Program-made: the position numbers and the translations under genes
Assembly: GCA_031409275.1 (NCBI GenBank)
Contig: JANNXA010000051.1
Coordinates: 160,001 to 224,000 of the forward strand
DNA: 64,000 bases
From: Planctomycetota bacterium
GTDB taxonomy: Bacteria; Planctomycetota; B15-G4; SIAN01
Direction: 5' to 3'
Notes under the pieces: model-generated
What the model saw: the letters and a program-made list of their open reading frames with translations, nothing else
What the model was told of the DNA's origin: nothing
Databases searched by the model: none
In this document: positions 10,913 through 19,640 of the stretch, piece by piece
How the letters are laid out: each line of letters opens with the position of its first letter
Numbering within the stretch: the stretch's first letter is position 1

Positions 10913-11314
10913 TTGAACACCTTGGCTGGCACCCTCGCATCGATTCGTCCGCGCTCGCCGCGCGCCGCTCGCGGCACCTCGCTGCTGGAGGTGCTCGTCG
11001 CGGTGACGATCCTGCTGTTGACGTCGCTCGGGCTCGCTCACGCCTACACCTCGGCGGGGCTGGCCGCGAAGGTCTCGGAGCGCGACACCGCGGCGCAACA
11101 GGCGATCGAACAGGTCACCGACGACCTCGGTGAAATCCCCTTCTCGCAACTGCTGGCGTGGAACGGTGCGCAACGCGACTTCGGGAACCACTCGACGACG
11201 CTGAGGCTGCGCGCCGTCACGCCGCGGCTGGTGCTGGTCGAGTGCGTGGCGACCGATGACACCACCGGCGCACCGCTCGCGAGCTTCGCGACCTATCGCG
11301 CCTCGGAGGGTTGA
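10913..11314 (+). CDS. Prepilin-type N-terminal cleavage protein (PilV-like)
   Basis: RG|TSLLEVLVAVTILLL motif with E at +5; SD AAGGAGG upstream. Confidence 0.8.
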   Translation: MNTLAGTLASIRPRSPRAARGTSLLEVLVAVTILLLTSLGLAHAYTSAGLAAKVSERDTAAQQAIEQVTDDLGEIPFSQLLAWNGAQRDFGNHSTTLRLRAVTPRLVLVECVATDDTTGAPLASFATYRASEG

Positions 11315-11315
11315 G

Positions 11316-11978
11316 ATGAGCGATCGTCCTCACCGTCGGCGCCTGCGCGGTCACACGCTCGTCGAGACGACCGTCTCCGCAGGCGTGCTGATGACGCTGG
11401 CGGGCGGCCTCTTCTCGATGCTGCGAGATTCGGGCGCGATGTTCGGTGAAAGCGTGCGCATCGAGCAGCAGCGCCGCGAGGTCGATGACACGCTGGCCAG
11501 GCTGGCGCGCGAGCTCGAGCAGGCGAACGGCGACACGTTGATCGTCGATCGCAGCGCGCCCGACGGTGACACGCTCCGTCTCCAGCTGCCACTCGACTTG
11601 ACCGCGAACCCGCCGACGTTCGGCGCCACCACCGACGTCGGTGGCCGCGCGCTCCAGCATCCCGGCGCGCAGGTGATCTGGACGACGCGCGCCGCCAGCG
11701 GAGGCGCGACCCGGACGTTGGTGCGCCGGGTGATCGCCTCCGACGGGCAAACGCTCCTCGCCGAGGAAGAGGTCTGCAGCGACCTCGACCTGGTCCGCAC
11801 CGACGGCACCAAGAGCTTCATCGTCGACGTCCCCGGCAACGGCAGCCTGGCGACGCTCACGCTGCGACGCATCGCATTCGTCGCAATCGACCCATCGGGC
11901 AGCGGCGGGACCTCCTCGAACGGCGACTCGACCCGCTGCCACACGCAGACGACGAGCGTCCGGATCCTCAGCCGATGA
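11316..11978 (+). CDS. Prepilin-type protein (PilW/GspJ-like)
   Basis: RG|HTLVETTVSAGVL and LARLARELEQA; ATG just after the upstream stop. Confidence 0.75.
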   Translation: MSDRPHRRRLRGHTLVETTVSAGVLMTLAGGLFSMLRDSGAMFGESVRIEQQRREVDDTLARLARELEQANGDTLIVDRSAPDGDTLRLQLPLDLTANPPTFGATTDVGGRALQHPGAQVIWTTRAASGGATRTLVRRVIASDGQTLLAEEEVCSDLDLVRTDGTKSFIVDVPGNGSLATLTLRRIAFVAIDPSGSGGTSSNGDSTRCHTQTTSVRILSR

Positions 11979-13906
11979 CGGAGCCCTCGATGTCCGATCG
12001 CCGCCAGGATCAGCGCGGCGGCGTGCTGATCGTCGCCCTGATCGCGATGGTGCTCGCCGTTTCGCTCGCCTTCGCCGCCACGACGTTGTCGACCTCGCGG
12101 CGCAGCGCAGTCGCCCGCGACGAACGCGATCTGCAGGCGCGCGCCACCGCCGAGGCGGGCGTCCAGCGCGTCATGGCCTGGGCGCAGGAACTGGCGGCGC
12201 TCGACCCGGCACGGCCCTTCGCCGCGATCGATGCACTGGCCGGTCGGACCGCGCTCGATGGGACGCCGATCCCGTTCGTCCTCGCGGACGGCGAGCTGCT
12301 GACCGGTGCCGCTCGCAGCTACGGCGCCCTCACCGTCTCGCTCACGGCGCGCGCCAACGGCGACGCTCGCGATCTGCGCATCACGGCGACCGGCCACGTG
12401 CCGGACGTGAATGCGCCGCTCGCCAAAGCGACCGCCCACGCGATCGTGCGGCTCGCGCCGCGCCCGGCGCCAGGCTTCGAATACGCCTACTTCGTGAACC
12501 ACTGGGCGTGGCTCTACAGCAGTCGCATCAACGTCTACGGCAACGCGGGCAGCAACGGGCAGTTCGACGCGGGTGACCGCGCCCCCGGCCTGTTCGGCAA
12601 TCCTCGCTACCGCTCCGTCTCGCGAGCGGACCCGGCCCATCCCGACCTGGTCGGTTACCTCGACGACAACCACGACGGCGTGACCGACGGCAGCGACGGC
12701 GGCATCTACTCGGCGTGGGACATCGTCGGCTCCGACAGCGTGCGCGGCATGGGCGGCAACACCGCGAACCAGCACGCGTTCGGGGCGCCGCTCGCGATGC
12801 CGCAGCTCGCCGACCTCAGCGTGCGCGAAAGCGACGCGCTGGCCACGGGCGCCAACGTCTCGCTGTCGGGCGGCTACGACGCGAGCGGAAACCCGCTGCC
12901 GCCCATCGAGCTCGCCGACGCGGTGCTTGGCGACGAGCCCGGCGAGCAGCAGAACCTCGTGCTGATCGGCACCGCCAACCAACCGATCGTGCTGAACGGA
13001 CCGATCGTCGTGCGCGGCGACGTCATCATCAAGGGCGTCGTGACCGGCAAGGGAGCGATCTACGCGGGCGGCAACATCTACGTCGCCGACAACGTCACCT
13101 ACGCCAACCCGCCGAGCCAGTGGCAGCCGGCCAGCATGAGCGAAGCGGACCTCGAGGCATGGCTCGCGGCCGAACGCCAGCGCGACTTCTGCGGGCTGTT
13201 CGCTCGCGAGAACGTCGTGATGGGAGACTTCACCAACGCGACGTGGCGCACCTGGGTCGACAAGTGGCTCGCGGATCCGGGCAACGCGTCCGCGGAGGAC
13301 GCGGGCCTCGACGGAATTCCGGGCACGCTGCTCGGCCGCGACGGCATCGCCGGCACCGCCGATGACGACGTGCTCGAAGGCGACGGCACCTGGACCGTCG
13401 ATCACTACACGCAGGCGCATGCAGATGCCGGCATCCTGCCGCCAGGGAAGGTGGTCGGCGACCCGATCCCGGCTTCCGGCGAGGACATCGATGCCGACGG
13501 GGTGCAGGACGGAGCGATCACGCTCAACGACTTCGACCTTCCCGCGACGCTCGACAGCGGCGCATGGGCGGGCAACCTCCCGCCCGGGACGACTCAGTTC
13601 AAGCAGCTCTCGACCGTCGGCCTCACCACCATCGAAGCGACCGTTGCCACCAGCCACGCCGCCGCGATGGCGAGCCTCGCCTCTCGCAACGAGTTCAATC
13701 TGCGCGGCTCCCTGGTGTCGCGCGTGGAGGCGATGGTCTCGTCCACCACCAAGTTGAACTTCACGTTTGACCTCCGGCTGCTCGGCGGCGGGCTCCATCC
13801 CGAACTCCTGCCACCGGTCCTTGCACCGCCTCAGATCGTCGCCTGGCAATGGAGCGGCGAGGATCTGCACCAGCTGCTTGCAGCCGCGGGCGGAGCGACT
13901 CCATGA
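11975..13906 (+). CDS. PilX/GspK-like minor pilin with a large acidic C-terminal domain
   Basis: RG|GVLIVALIAM (no E5), ARATAEAGV, LRITATG, several DxDxDG-type loops. Confidence 0.75.
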   Translation: MTEPSMSDRRQDQRGGVLIVALIAMVLAVSLAFAATTLSTSRRSAVARDERDLQARATAEAGVQRVMAWAQELAALDPARPFAAIDALAGRTALDGTPIPFVLADGELLTGAARSYGALTVSLTARANGDARDLRITATGHVPDVNAPLAKATAHAIVRLAPRPAPGFEYAYFVNHWAWLYSSRINVYGNAGSNGQFDAGDRAPGLFGNPRYRSVSRADPAHPDLVGYLDDNHDGVTDGSDGGIYSAWDIVGSDSVRGMGGNTANQHAFGAPLAMPQLADLSVRESDALATGANVSLSGGYDASGNPLPPIELADAVLGDEPGEQQNLVLIGTANQPIVLNGPIVVRGDVIIKGVVTGKGAIYAGGNIYVADNVTYANPPSQWQPASMSEADLEAWLAAERQRDFCGLFARENVVMGDFTNATWRTWVDKWLADPGNASAEDAGLDGIPGTLLGRDGIAGTADDDVLEGDGTWTVDHYTQAHADAGILPPGKVVGDPIPASGEDIDADGVQDGAITLNDFDLPATLDSGAWAGNLPPGTTQFKQLSTVGLTTIEATVATSHAAAMASLASRNEFNLRGSLVSRVEAMVSSTTKLNFTFDLRLLGGGLHPELLPPVLAPPQIVAWQWSGEDLHQLLAAAGGATP

Positions 13907-14391
13907 GCGCCCGTCTCATCACTCGAAGCGTCGGCGCGCTGCTGCTGGCGCTGGCGACGGGTCAGGCTGCGCGCGGCGGACAGCAGGAACCAGCGGCCGC
14001 CACGCAGGAGCGGCAGCTGGGAGAACGGCAGCGCGAGTTGTCGGGGCACCACTCCCTCTCCGGACTCGGTCGGCGCGGACCCGAGCGACTCGCGCCGGAA
14101 GCGACGCAGATCGACCCGGCCACGGCGCGCGCTCAAGCGCTGGCGTTGTACGAGAACCGCGGCATCGCTGTTGCCGCCGCCGCGGCGCTGCGCGCGGCGC
14201 CGACGCCGGCGTCCACGCCGACCCGAATCGCGACGGTGCCGATCGATCCGCCCACGCTCGGCTACGCGATGATCGCGCTGCTCGCGTTGTGCGGGCTGTT
14301 CTTCCGGACGCGCCGACACCGGGTGCGGGTGGTCGTCACCAGCGCGTTCGACCGCGTCAGCGAGGCGCCGAGCGGACGCGCCCTGCGCTGA
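13903..14391 (+). CDS. Hypothetical exported protein with C-terminal membrane anchor
   Basis: ATGA overlap with upstream gene; signal peptide; VPIDPPT-TM-RTRRHR. Confidence 0.6.
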   Translation: MSARLITRSVGALLLALATGQAARGGQQEPAAATQERQLGERQRELSGHHSLSGLGRRGPERLAPEATQIDPATARAQALALYENRGIAVAAAAALRAAPTPASTPTRIATVPIDPPTLGYAMIALLALCGLFFRTRRHRVRVVVTSAFDRVSEAPSGRALR

Positions 14392-15421
14392 CGATCGCCT
14401 GAGCCTCTTCGTCGGCGGCGCGAGCCGTCGGAATGCCCTGACGCTTGGCCCTCTCGAAGACTGCCGCCAGCGACGAGCCGATGCCGCGAACGCGCTCCTC
14501 GGCCCGCTTGGCGTCGTATCCGGAGGCCGACAGCTCGACGCTGATGTTGAGGATCCCGCCGGCGTTCACGACGTAGTCCGGCGCGTAGAGGATTCCCCGA
14601 CGTAGCAGTTCCGCGCCGTGCCGATCCTCGGCGAGCTGGTTGTTCGCAGCTCCGCAGACGATCTTCGCCTTGAGCTGCGGCAGGGTGCGATCGTTCAGCA
14701 CGGCACCGAGCGCGCACGGTGCGAAGAGGTCGCAATCGACCGCGAAGATCGCGTCCTGCGCGACCGCCTTCGCCTTGAACTCGCGCACGACCCGCTCGAC
14801 GCGGGACGGCTCGAGGTCGGTGACGATCAGCTCGGCGCCCGCTTCGTGGAGCTGCTTGGCCAGCCAGTAGCCGACATGGCCGAGCCCTTGGATGGCGACT
14901 CGCTTGCCGCGCACGCTGCGCGATCCTGTGAGGTGCTCGAAGCAGGTCTCGATGGAGACGAGCGTCCCGAGCGCCGTGAACGGCGACGGATCTCCCGAGC
15001 CGCCGACTTCGCGAGCGCGGCCAGTGACATGCTTGGTCTCGCGCGCAATCACGTCGAGATCGAGCACGCTGGTGCCGACATCCTCGGCGGTGATGTAGGT
15101 GCCGTGGAAGGTCTCGATGAAGCGACCCATCCAGGAGAGCAGCGCGTCGCTCTTGTCCTTCTTCGAGTCGCCGAGCAGCACCGCTTTGCCGCCGCCGAGT
15201 CCGGTGCGAGCGACCGCAGACTTGAACGTCATCCCGCGCGCGAGCCGCAGCACGTCGGTCAGCGCGTCATCGGGCGACCCGTACTTCCACATCCGCAGGC
15301 CACCGAGCGCGGGACCGAGCGTCGTGTCGTGGACCGCGATGATCGCGCACCAGCCCTGATCGGGCTCCTCGGCGCGCGCGACTTTTTCGTATCCGGCGAC
15401 GGGGAGCTCGACGATCTTCAT
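14357..15421 (-). CDS. Leucine dehydrogenase (Glu/Leu/Phe/Val dehydrogenase family)
   Basis: HDTTLGPALGGLRM, GLGGGKAV, TAEDVG, IQGLGHVG, GAANNQL, YAPDYVVNAGG. Confidence 0.95.
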   Translation of the reverse strand: MKIVELPVAGYEKVARAEEPDQGWCAIIAVHDTTLGPALGGLRMWKYGSPDDALTDVLRLARGMTFKSAVARTGLGGGKAVLLGDSKKDKSDALLSWMGRFIETFHGTYITAEDVGTSVLDLDVIARETKHVTGRAREVGGSGDPSPFTALGTLVSIETCFEHLTGSRSVRGKRVAIQGLGHVGYWLAKQLHEAGAELIVTDLEPSRVERVVREFKAKAVAQDAIFAVDCDLFAPCALGAVLNDRTLPQLKAKIVCGAANNQLAEDRHGAELLRRGILYAPDYVVNAGGILNISVELSASGYDAKRAEERVRGIGSSLAAVFERAKRQGIPTARAADEEAQAIVSAGRVRSAPR

Positions 15422-15536
15422 GGCGGTTCCAGCGGTAACTTGGGGCGCGCTGCCTGACGACGGCCCAGGAAACGCGAGACCTTAGTAGGTCTGCGAATGG
15501 GTCGCAAGGCGGCCGCCCACGCGCGAGAACCGAAGC

Positions 15537-17291
15537 TTGGAACCGAGCGCCTCCCCACACCTCGTCGACCCGGATGCCGGTCAACTGCTGGCGTCCGAAC
15601 GCACGCTGCTCGATCGGCTGGCGGCCGTCGCGGCCGAGGTCGACCCGCGCGGCGCCGACGAAGAGACGGCGCGCATGCTCCGCGCCCACCTCGAGGAGCG
15701 ATTCCTCCTGGTCGTCGTCGGCGAGGTGAAGGCGGGCAAGTCGAGCTTCCTGAACGCGCTGCTCGGTCGCGATCTATGCGCGGTCGGCCCGACCCCGCTC
15801 ACCGATCGCATCTGCGTCCTCCAATGGGGAGCGACGCCCGCCGAGCGAGTGGTGGAAGAGTTCCTGGTCGAGCGCGACGTCGACGCCGAACTGCTGCGCG
15901 AGGTTTCGCTGGTCGACACCCCCGGCACCAACTCGATCCTGCGCCAGCACTCGACGCTGACCGAGCGTTTCATCCCGCGCGCCGACCTCGTGCTCTTCCT
16001 GACTTCGATCGATCGGCCCTACAGCGAGTCGGAGAACCACTTCCTGGCCTTGATCGCCGATCGTTGGCGCAAGAAGGTGGTGTTCCTGCTCACCAAGATC
16101 GACGGTCGCGATGCCACGGACATCGACGCCGTCGTCGCGTGGATCCGACGAAGCGTGCTCGAACATCACGGATTCGAGCCGATCGTCCTCCCCATTTCGG
16201 CGCGGCTCGAACAGCAAGGGCGCGACGGCGGGCTGCGCGCGGTACGCGAGTTCGTCCGCTCGACGCTGGCGGCGGGCGAGAAGATGAAGCTCAAGCTCGA
16301 GAGCCCGGCGCGCACGGCGCAGGCGTTGATCGAGTCCTTGCGCGCCACGCTCGAATCGCGTTCCGCGACGCTCGATCACGACTTCCGAGCGGTGCAGGAT
16401 CTTGAGGCGCAGGTCGAGCAGGCGGTCCTCGACCTGAAGGAGCGCAGCCACCGCTTCCTCACCGAGATGAACGAACTGTTCGTCGCATGCGAAGGGCGCG
16501 CCGAGGAGTTCTTCGACCGCCACGCTCGCCTCAAGGCGCTCGCGTTCGGCAAAGGCGAGGCCCCCCTGCGCGATCGATTCGAGCGCGAGGTCCTGGCGGA
16601 ACTCGACGCGAAGTACCGCGATGCAAGCCAGCGGGCGACCGACTGGATCACGCGCGAGGAGGTCGCGCTCTACGAGCGAAGCACGCGTTTCGTCCACGAG
16701 CGACTCGCGCAACTCGATCAGAGTCGGACGCTGCGCAACGAACCGGCGCGCTTCGAGTACCGCCGCGACCAGCTCTTCTCCGGGATCGCCGAAGCGTTCA
16801 AAGCGGAGACGCTCGCGCTCGATCTGCCGGGTGAATCGCGCCGCTTCCTGGAGAGCGCGGAGAGCGGCATGAAGCATCAGCTCGCACTCACCGGCGGCGC
16901 GGTGGTGGTAGGCGCCGGCAGCCTCGCGCTACTGACGAAGCTCTCCTCGCTCTGGTGGAACGCGGCCGGGTTGCTGCTCGCGCTCGGGCTCGGGTTGACC
17001 GGACTCGCGGTGCTTCCGGCGGTGCGGCGTCGCGCGGTCCGTCAGTTCCGCACGCGCCTCCAGGCCCTGCGCGAGCAGGTGCAGGCTGGTTATCTGCGAG
17101 CCATCGGCGACGAGATCGACGGCGCTCGCGACCGGCTCCGGCGCGCGTGGGAGCCGTTCCTGCTGTTCCATCGATCGGAAGCGAGCAGCGCCGAACTGCG
17201 CCGACGCGAACTCGTCGAACTGGCGCGTGGATTCGCAGAACTGCGCGCAGCGGTGACTCGCATCGGAAGCGGGCGCGTCAGCGATCACTGA
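15537..17291 (+). CDS. Bacterial dynamin-like GTPase
   Basis: G1 GEVKAGKSS, G3 DTPG, G4 TKID, helical stalk, and two hydrophobic segments (paddle) near the C-terminus. Confidence 0.85.
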   Translation: MEPSASPHLVDPDAGQLLASERTLLDRLAAVAAEVDPRGADEETARMLRAHLEERFLLVVVGEVKAGKSSFLNALLGRDLCAVGPTPLTDRICVLQWGATPAERVVEEFLVERDVDAELLREVSLVDTPGTNSILRQHSTLTERFIPRADLVLFLTSIDRPYSESENHFLALIADRWRKKVVFLLTKIDGRDATDIDAVVAWIRRSVLEHHGFEPIVLPISARLEQQGRDGGLRAVREFVRSTLAAGEKMKLKLESPARTAQALIESLRATLESRSATLDHDFRAVQDLEAQVEQAVLDLKERSHRFLTEMNELFVACEGRAEEFFDRHARLKALAFGKGEAPLRDRFEREVLAELDAKYRDASQRATDWITREEVALYERSTRFVHERLAQLDQSRTLRNEPARFEYRRDQLFSGIAEAFKAETLALDLPGESRRFLESAESGMKHQLALTGGAVVVGAGSLALLTKLSSLWWNAAGLLLALGLGLTGLAVLPAVRRRAVRQFRTRLQALREQVQAGYLRAIGDEIDGARDRLRRAWEPFLLFHRSEASSAELRRRELVELARGFAELRAAVTRIGSGRVSDH

Positions 17292-17475
17292 TCGGACGCC
17301 GTCTTTTGCTCCGAATCGCCGATTCTCTTGAAAACGACGTGAGCGGTCGCTAATTCGGCGCGATCTTTCGGCCCAAAGACCTCGATTGGCGGGGCTCTTC
17401 GGCAGACGCTGGAAGGATTTTGGGGACTGGTGCTCGCTCTACGGCGCACACGTCCCGACGTGTTGGAGGGGATCC

Positions 17476-17682
17476 ATGGCGAAGAAGGCGAAGGCGAAGA
17501 AGGGCGGTCGCGACTCCCTCGTTGTCACCAGCAAGGTCAAGGGATTCGTCCGCGCTTGCAAGATGATCTGCGCTGGCGACCTCGCCCAGGCAGTCGACGG
17601 CAAGGTCCGCGAGATGCTCTCGGCGGCCGCGAAGCGTGCTGCGGCCAACAAGCGCAGCACCGTGCGCCCGCAGGACCTGTAA
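17476..17682 (+). CDS. Bacterial histone-fold protein (68 aa) with Lys-rich N-terminal tail
   Basis: SD GGAGGG at 17465-17470. LVVTSKVK (helix 1) and KRAAANKRSTVRPQDL (histone RxTxxxxD motif) resemble Bdellovibrio Bd0055 and Leptospira histones as I recall them. Confidence 0.85.
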   Translation: MAKKAKAKKGGRDSLVVTSKVKGFVRACKMICAGDLAQAVDGKVREMLSAAAKRAAANKRSTVRPQDL

Positions 17683-17703
17683 GCCGCCGACGAGCGGCGC
17701 CGT

Positions 17704-17743
17704 CGACCTGGATCCTCTCTTCTCGGAGGGGGGGTCCAGGTCG
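17704..17743 (+). terminator. Strong hairpin downstream of the histone gene
   Basis: CGACCTGGATCCTCTC...GAGGGGGGGTCCAGGTCG inverted repeat; weak U-tract. Confidence 0.5.
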
Positions 17744-17769
17744 CGTGCTTTCCAGGCTCGAGGAGCCGA

Positions 17770-18606
17770 GTGATGCGCAGTCTGCATGCGATCACGGTCG
17801 CGACCGCGATGGTTGCGTTCGGCGACGCGCCACTTTCTCAGCCGCCGCCAGCACACGTCGACCTGCCTCTGGGCGAGATCTCGTGCGATCGCGTCGCGAT
17901 CCAGTCGCCGCTGCGCCGCGATGCCACCGAAGACGAACGACTCGCGCCCAACCACTGCCTCGTCCGGCTCTTCTCGTTTCCGAGCCTCGCCCCCCTCGAC
18001 CTGCCGCTCGAATCGGTCGAACTGCGTGGCGCCGTGGGAGGCCGTCGCGTCGGCTCCGGCGAGTACCTCTTCGAACAGATCCCGATCAGTTACACCTCGG
18101 TGGCAGTGCATCGGCTCGCGAGCGAGCCCGCCGTCGATCCGCCAATCCAGCAACCCTCGACGCGACCGGGACGGCGGCGTCCGGAACCGATCGCCAGTCG
18201 CAATCCGCTCGTGCTCGCGCGCCACGCAACGACTCTCTGCGACCTTTACGTCGCGGAGTCGATGCCGCCGGAGGCGACCGTCGACCTGCACGGAATCGTG
18301 ATCGATCGCCTGACGGCGAAACCGATCGAGGGCGCGACCGTCCGCTGCGGCGATGGAGCGAGCGCGGTCATCGCGACGACCGGCGCCGATGGCCACTATC
18401 GGTTTCCGGCGCCCCTGCCGTGGAACCTCGTGCTCGACGGCACGCTCGTCGAGAAGCCCGATTTCAATCCATCTGGAATCAGTCGCCAGCGACTGCTTTC
18501 CATCTGGGTGGATCGATTCCATCACGACGGCGTGGCCGCGTTCGTGCTGTTTCCCGCGGATCGAGCCAGGCTCCGCTCGCCGCTGCTGCCGGCACTGACC
18601 AGGTGA
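17770..18606 (+). CDS. Exported hypothetical protein with carboxypeptidase-regulatory-like domain
   Basis: SD GAGGAG; signal peptide; LHGIVID..KPIEGATV..ATTGADGHYRF. Confidence 0.65.
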   Translation: MMRSLHAITVATAMVAFGDAPLSQPPPAHVDLPLGEISCDRVAIQSPLRRDATEDERLAPNHCLVRLFSFPSLAPLDLPLESVELRGAVGGRRVGSGEYLFEQIPISYTSVAVHRLASEPAVDPPIQQPSTRPGRRRPEPIASRNPLVLARHATTLCDLYVAESMPPEATVDLHGIVIDRLTAKPIEGATVRCGDGASAVIATTGADGHYRFPAPLPWNLVLDGTLVEKPDFNPSGISRQRLLSIWVDRFHHDGVAAFVLFPADRARLRSPLLPALTR

Positions 18607-18613
18607 ATCAACG

Positions 18614-19027
18614 ATGCCTCCCAACAGCTCCGCGCCGGTGAGCGATCCGATCGCGGCGTTCCTCGCCGGAGCGTCGTTCGCCGTGGTCGGGGCGAGCAAC
18701 CACCCCGCGAAGTTCGGCGGCAAGGTCTTCGCCGCCTATCGACGCCACGGGCGGCGCGTCTTCGCGGTCAACCCGCGAGAAACCGAAGTGCTCGGAGCGC
18801 CCTGCTATCGATCGCTGGCGGAGATCCCGGAAGCCGTCCACGGAGTGTCGATCGTGACGCCGCCGGCGGTCACCGAACGAATCGTGGAGGAGGCCGCGGC
18901 GGCTGGGGCTCGATGGGTCTGGATGCAGCCCGGCGCCGAAAGCTCGACAGCGATCCAGCGTGCGCGGGATCTTGGCCTCGGCGTGATCGCGAACGGACCG
19001 TGCCTGTTGATCGAGATCGACGCCTGA
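18614..19027 (+). CDS. CoA-binding protein (YccU-like)
   Basis: FAVVGAS..KFG, AVNP, YRSLAEIP, VWMQPG, GPC motifs. Confidence 0.92.
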   Translation: MPPNSSAPVSDPIAAFLAGASFAVVGASNHPAKFGGKVFAAYRRHGRRVFAVNPRETEVLGAPCYRSLAEIPEAVHGVSIVTPPAVTERIVEEAAAAGARWVWMQPGAESSTAIQRARDLGLGVIANGPCLLIEIDA

Positions 19028-19130
19028 AACGAAAGCGGGCGGATGACTCGTCTCCGAGTCACCCGCCCGATCGACCGCGAACCGCAGCGAACCGTCGCTC
19101 AGAACGAACAACGATCGCGGCGCAGGCGCA

Positions 19131-19640
19131 TCACTTCTTCAGCTGGTAGAGCCCGCGTCCGGCCTTCTTCACGTCGCTCATCTCGCTCAGACGCTGACCG
19201 ACGATCACGGCGAACTTCGAGCTACCGGTCTGGTAGCCAGCCTCGATCACCTTTGCAGCGACATCCGCGAGCTTGACTGGCTCGCTCGAGCCCGCAAGCA
19301 CGGTTCGAATCATGTTCTGGAGCCCGCCCTCGCCGCGCGGACCGCGCTTGCCCTTGCGGCCGCCACGCTTCGCGGGCACTGCAGCCGCACTCGGAGCGCC
19401 GACGGCGCTGACGACTTTCCGCGGACGCCCCGGACCACGCTTCACGCCCAAGCGGAGCGCCCGTCCATCGCCCATCGAAGCGGCAATCGCCGAATCGATG
19501 GTGTCGAGGGTCGACTGAATTTCGGCTCGTCTCGCCTGTAGCGCCTCGACTTCAGCAGCCTTCTCGTCAAACAGTCGCTTCAGGTCAGCGAGCGAAAACC
19601 CCGTGTTGGCACTCGGCACGCTCTTCTTGCGACGACCCAT
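19131..19640 (-). CDS. Putative nucleoid-associated protein (coiled coil + AT-hook + winged-helix-like domain)
   Basis: Heptads at residues ~17-54, KRGPGRPRK at 67-75, K/R/G-rich linker, C-terminal helical domain ending KKAGRGLYQL; SD AGGAG. Confidence 0.7.
   Translation of the reverse strand: MGRRKKSVPSANTGFSLADLKRLFDEKAAEVEALQARRAEIQSTLDTIDSAIAASMGDGRALRLGVKRGPGRPRKVVSAVGAPSAAAVPAKRGGRKGKRGPRGEGGLQNMIRTVLAGSSEPVKLADVAAKVIEAGYQTGSSKFAVIVGQRLSEMSDVKKAGRGLYQLKK

Noticed and set aside
17386..17475. 30-aa N-terminal extension of the histone ORF
   Set aside because: TTG start without an SD; the strong SD sits before ATG 17476.
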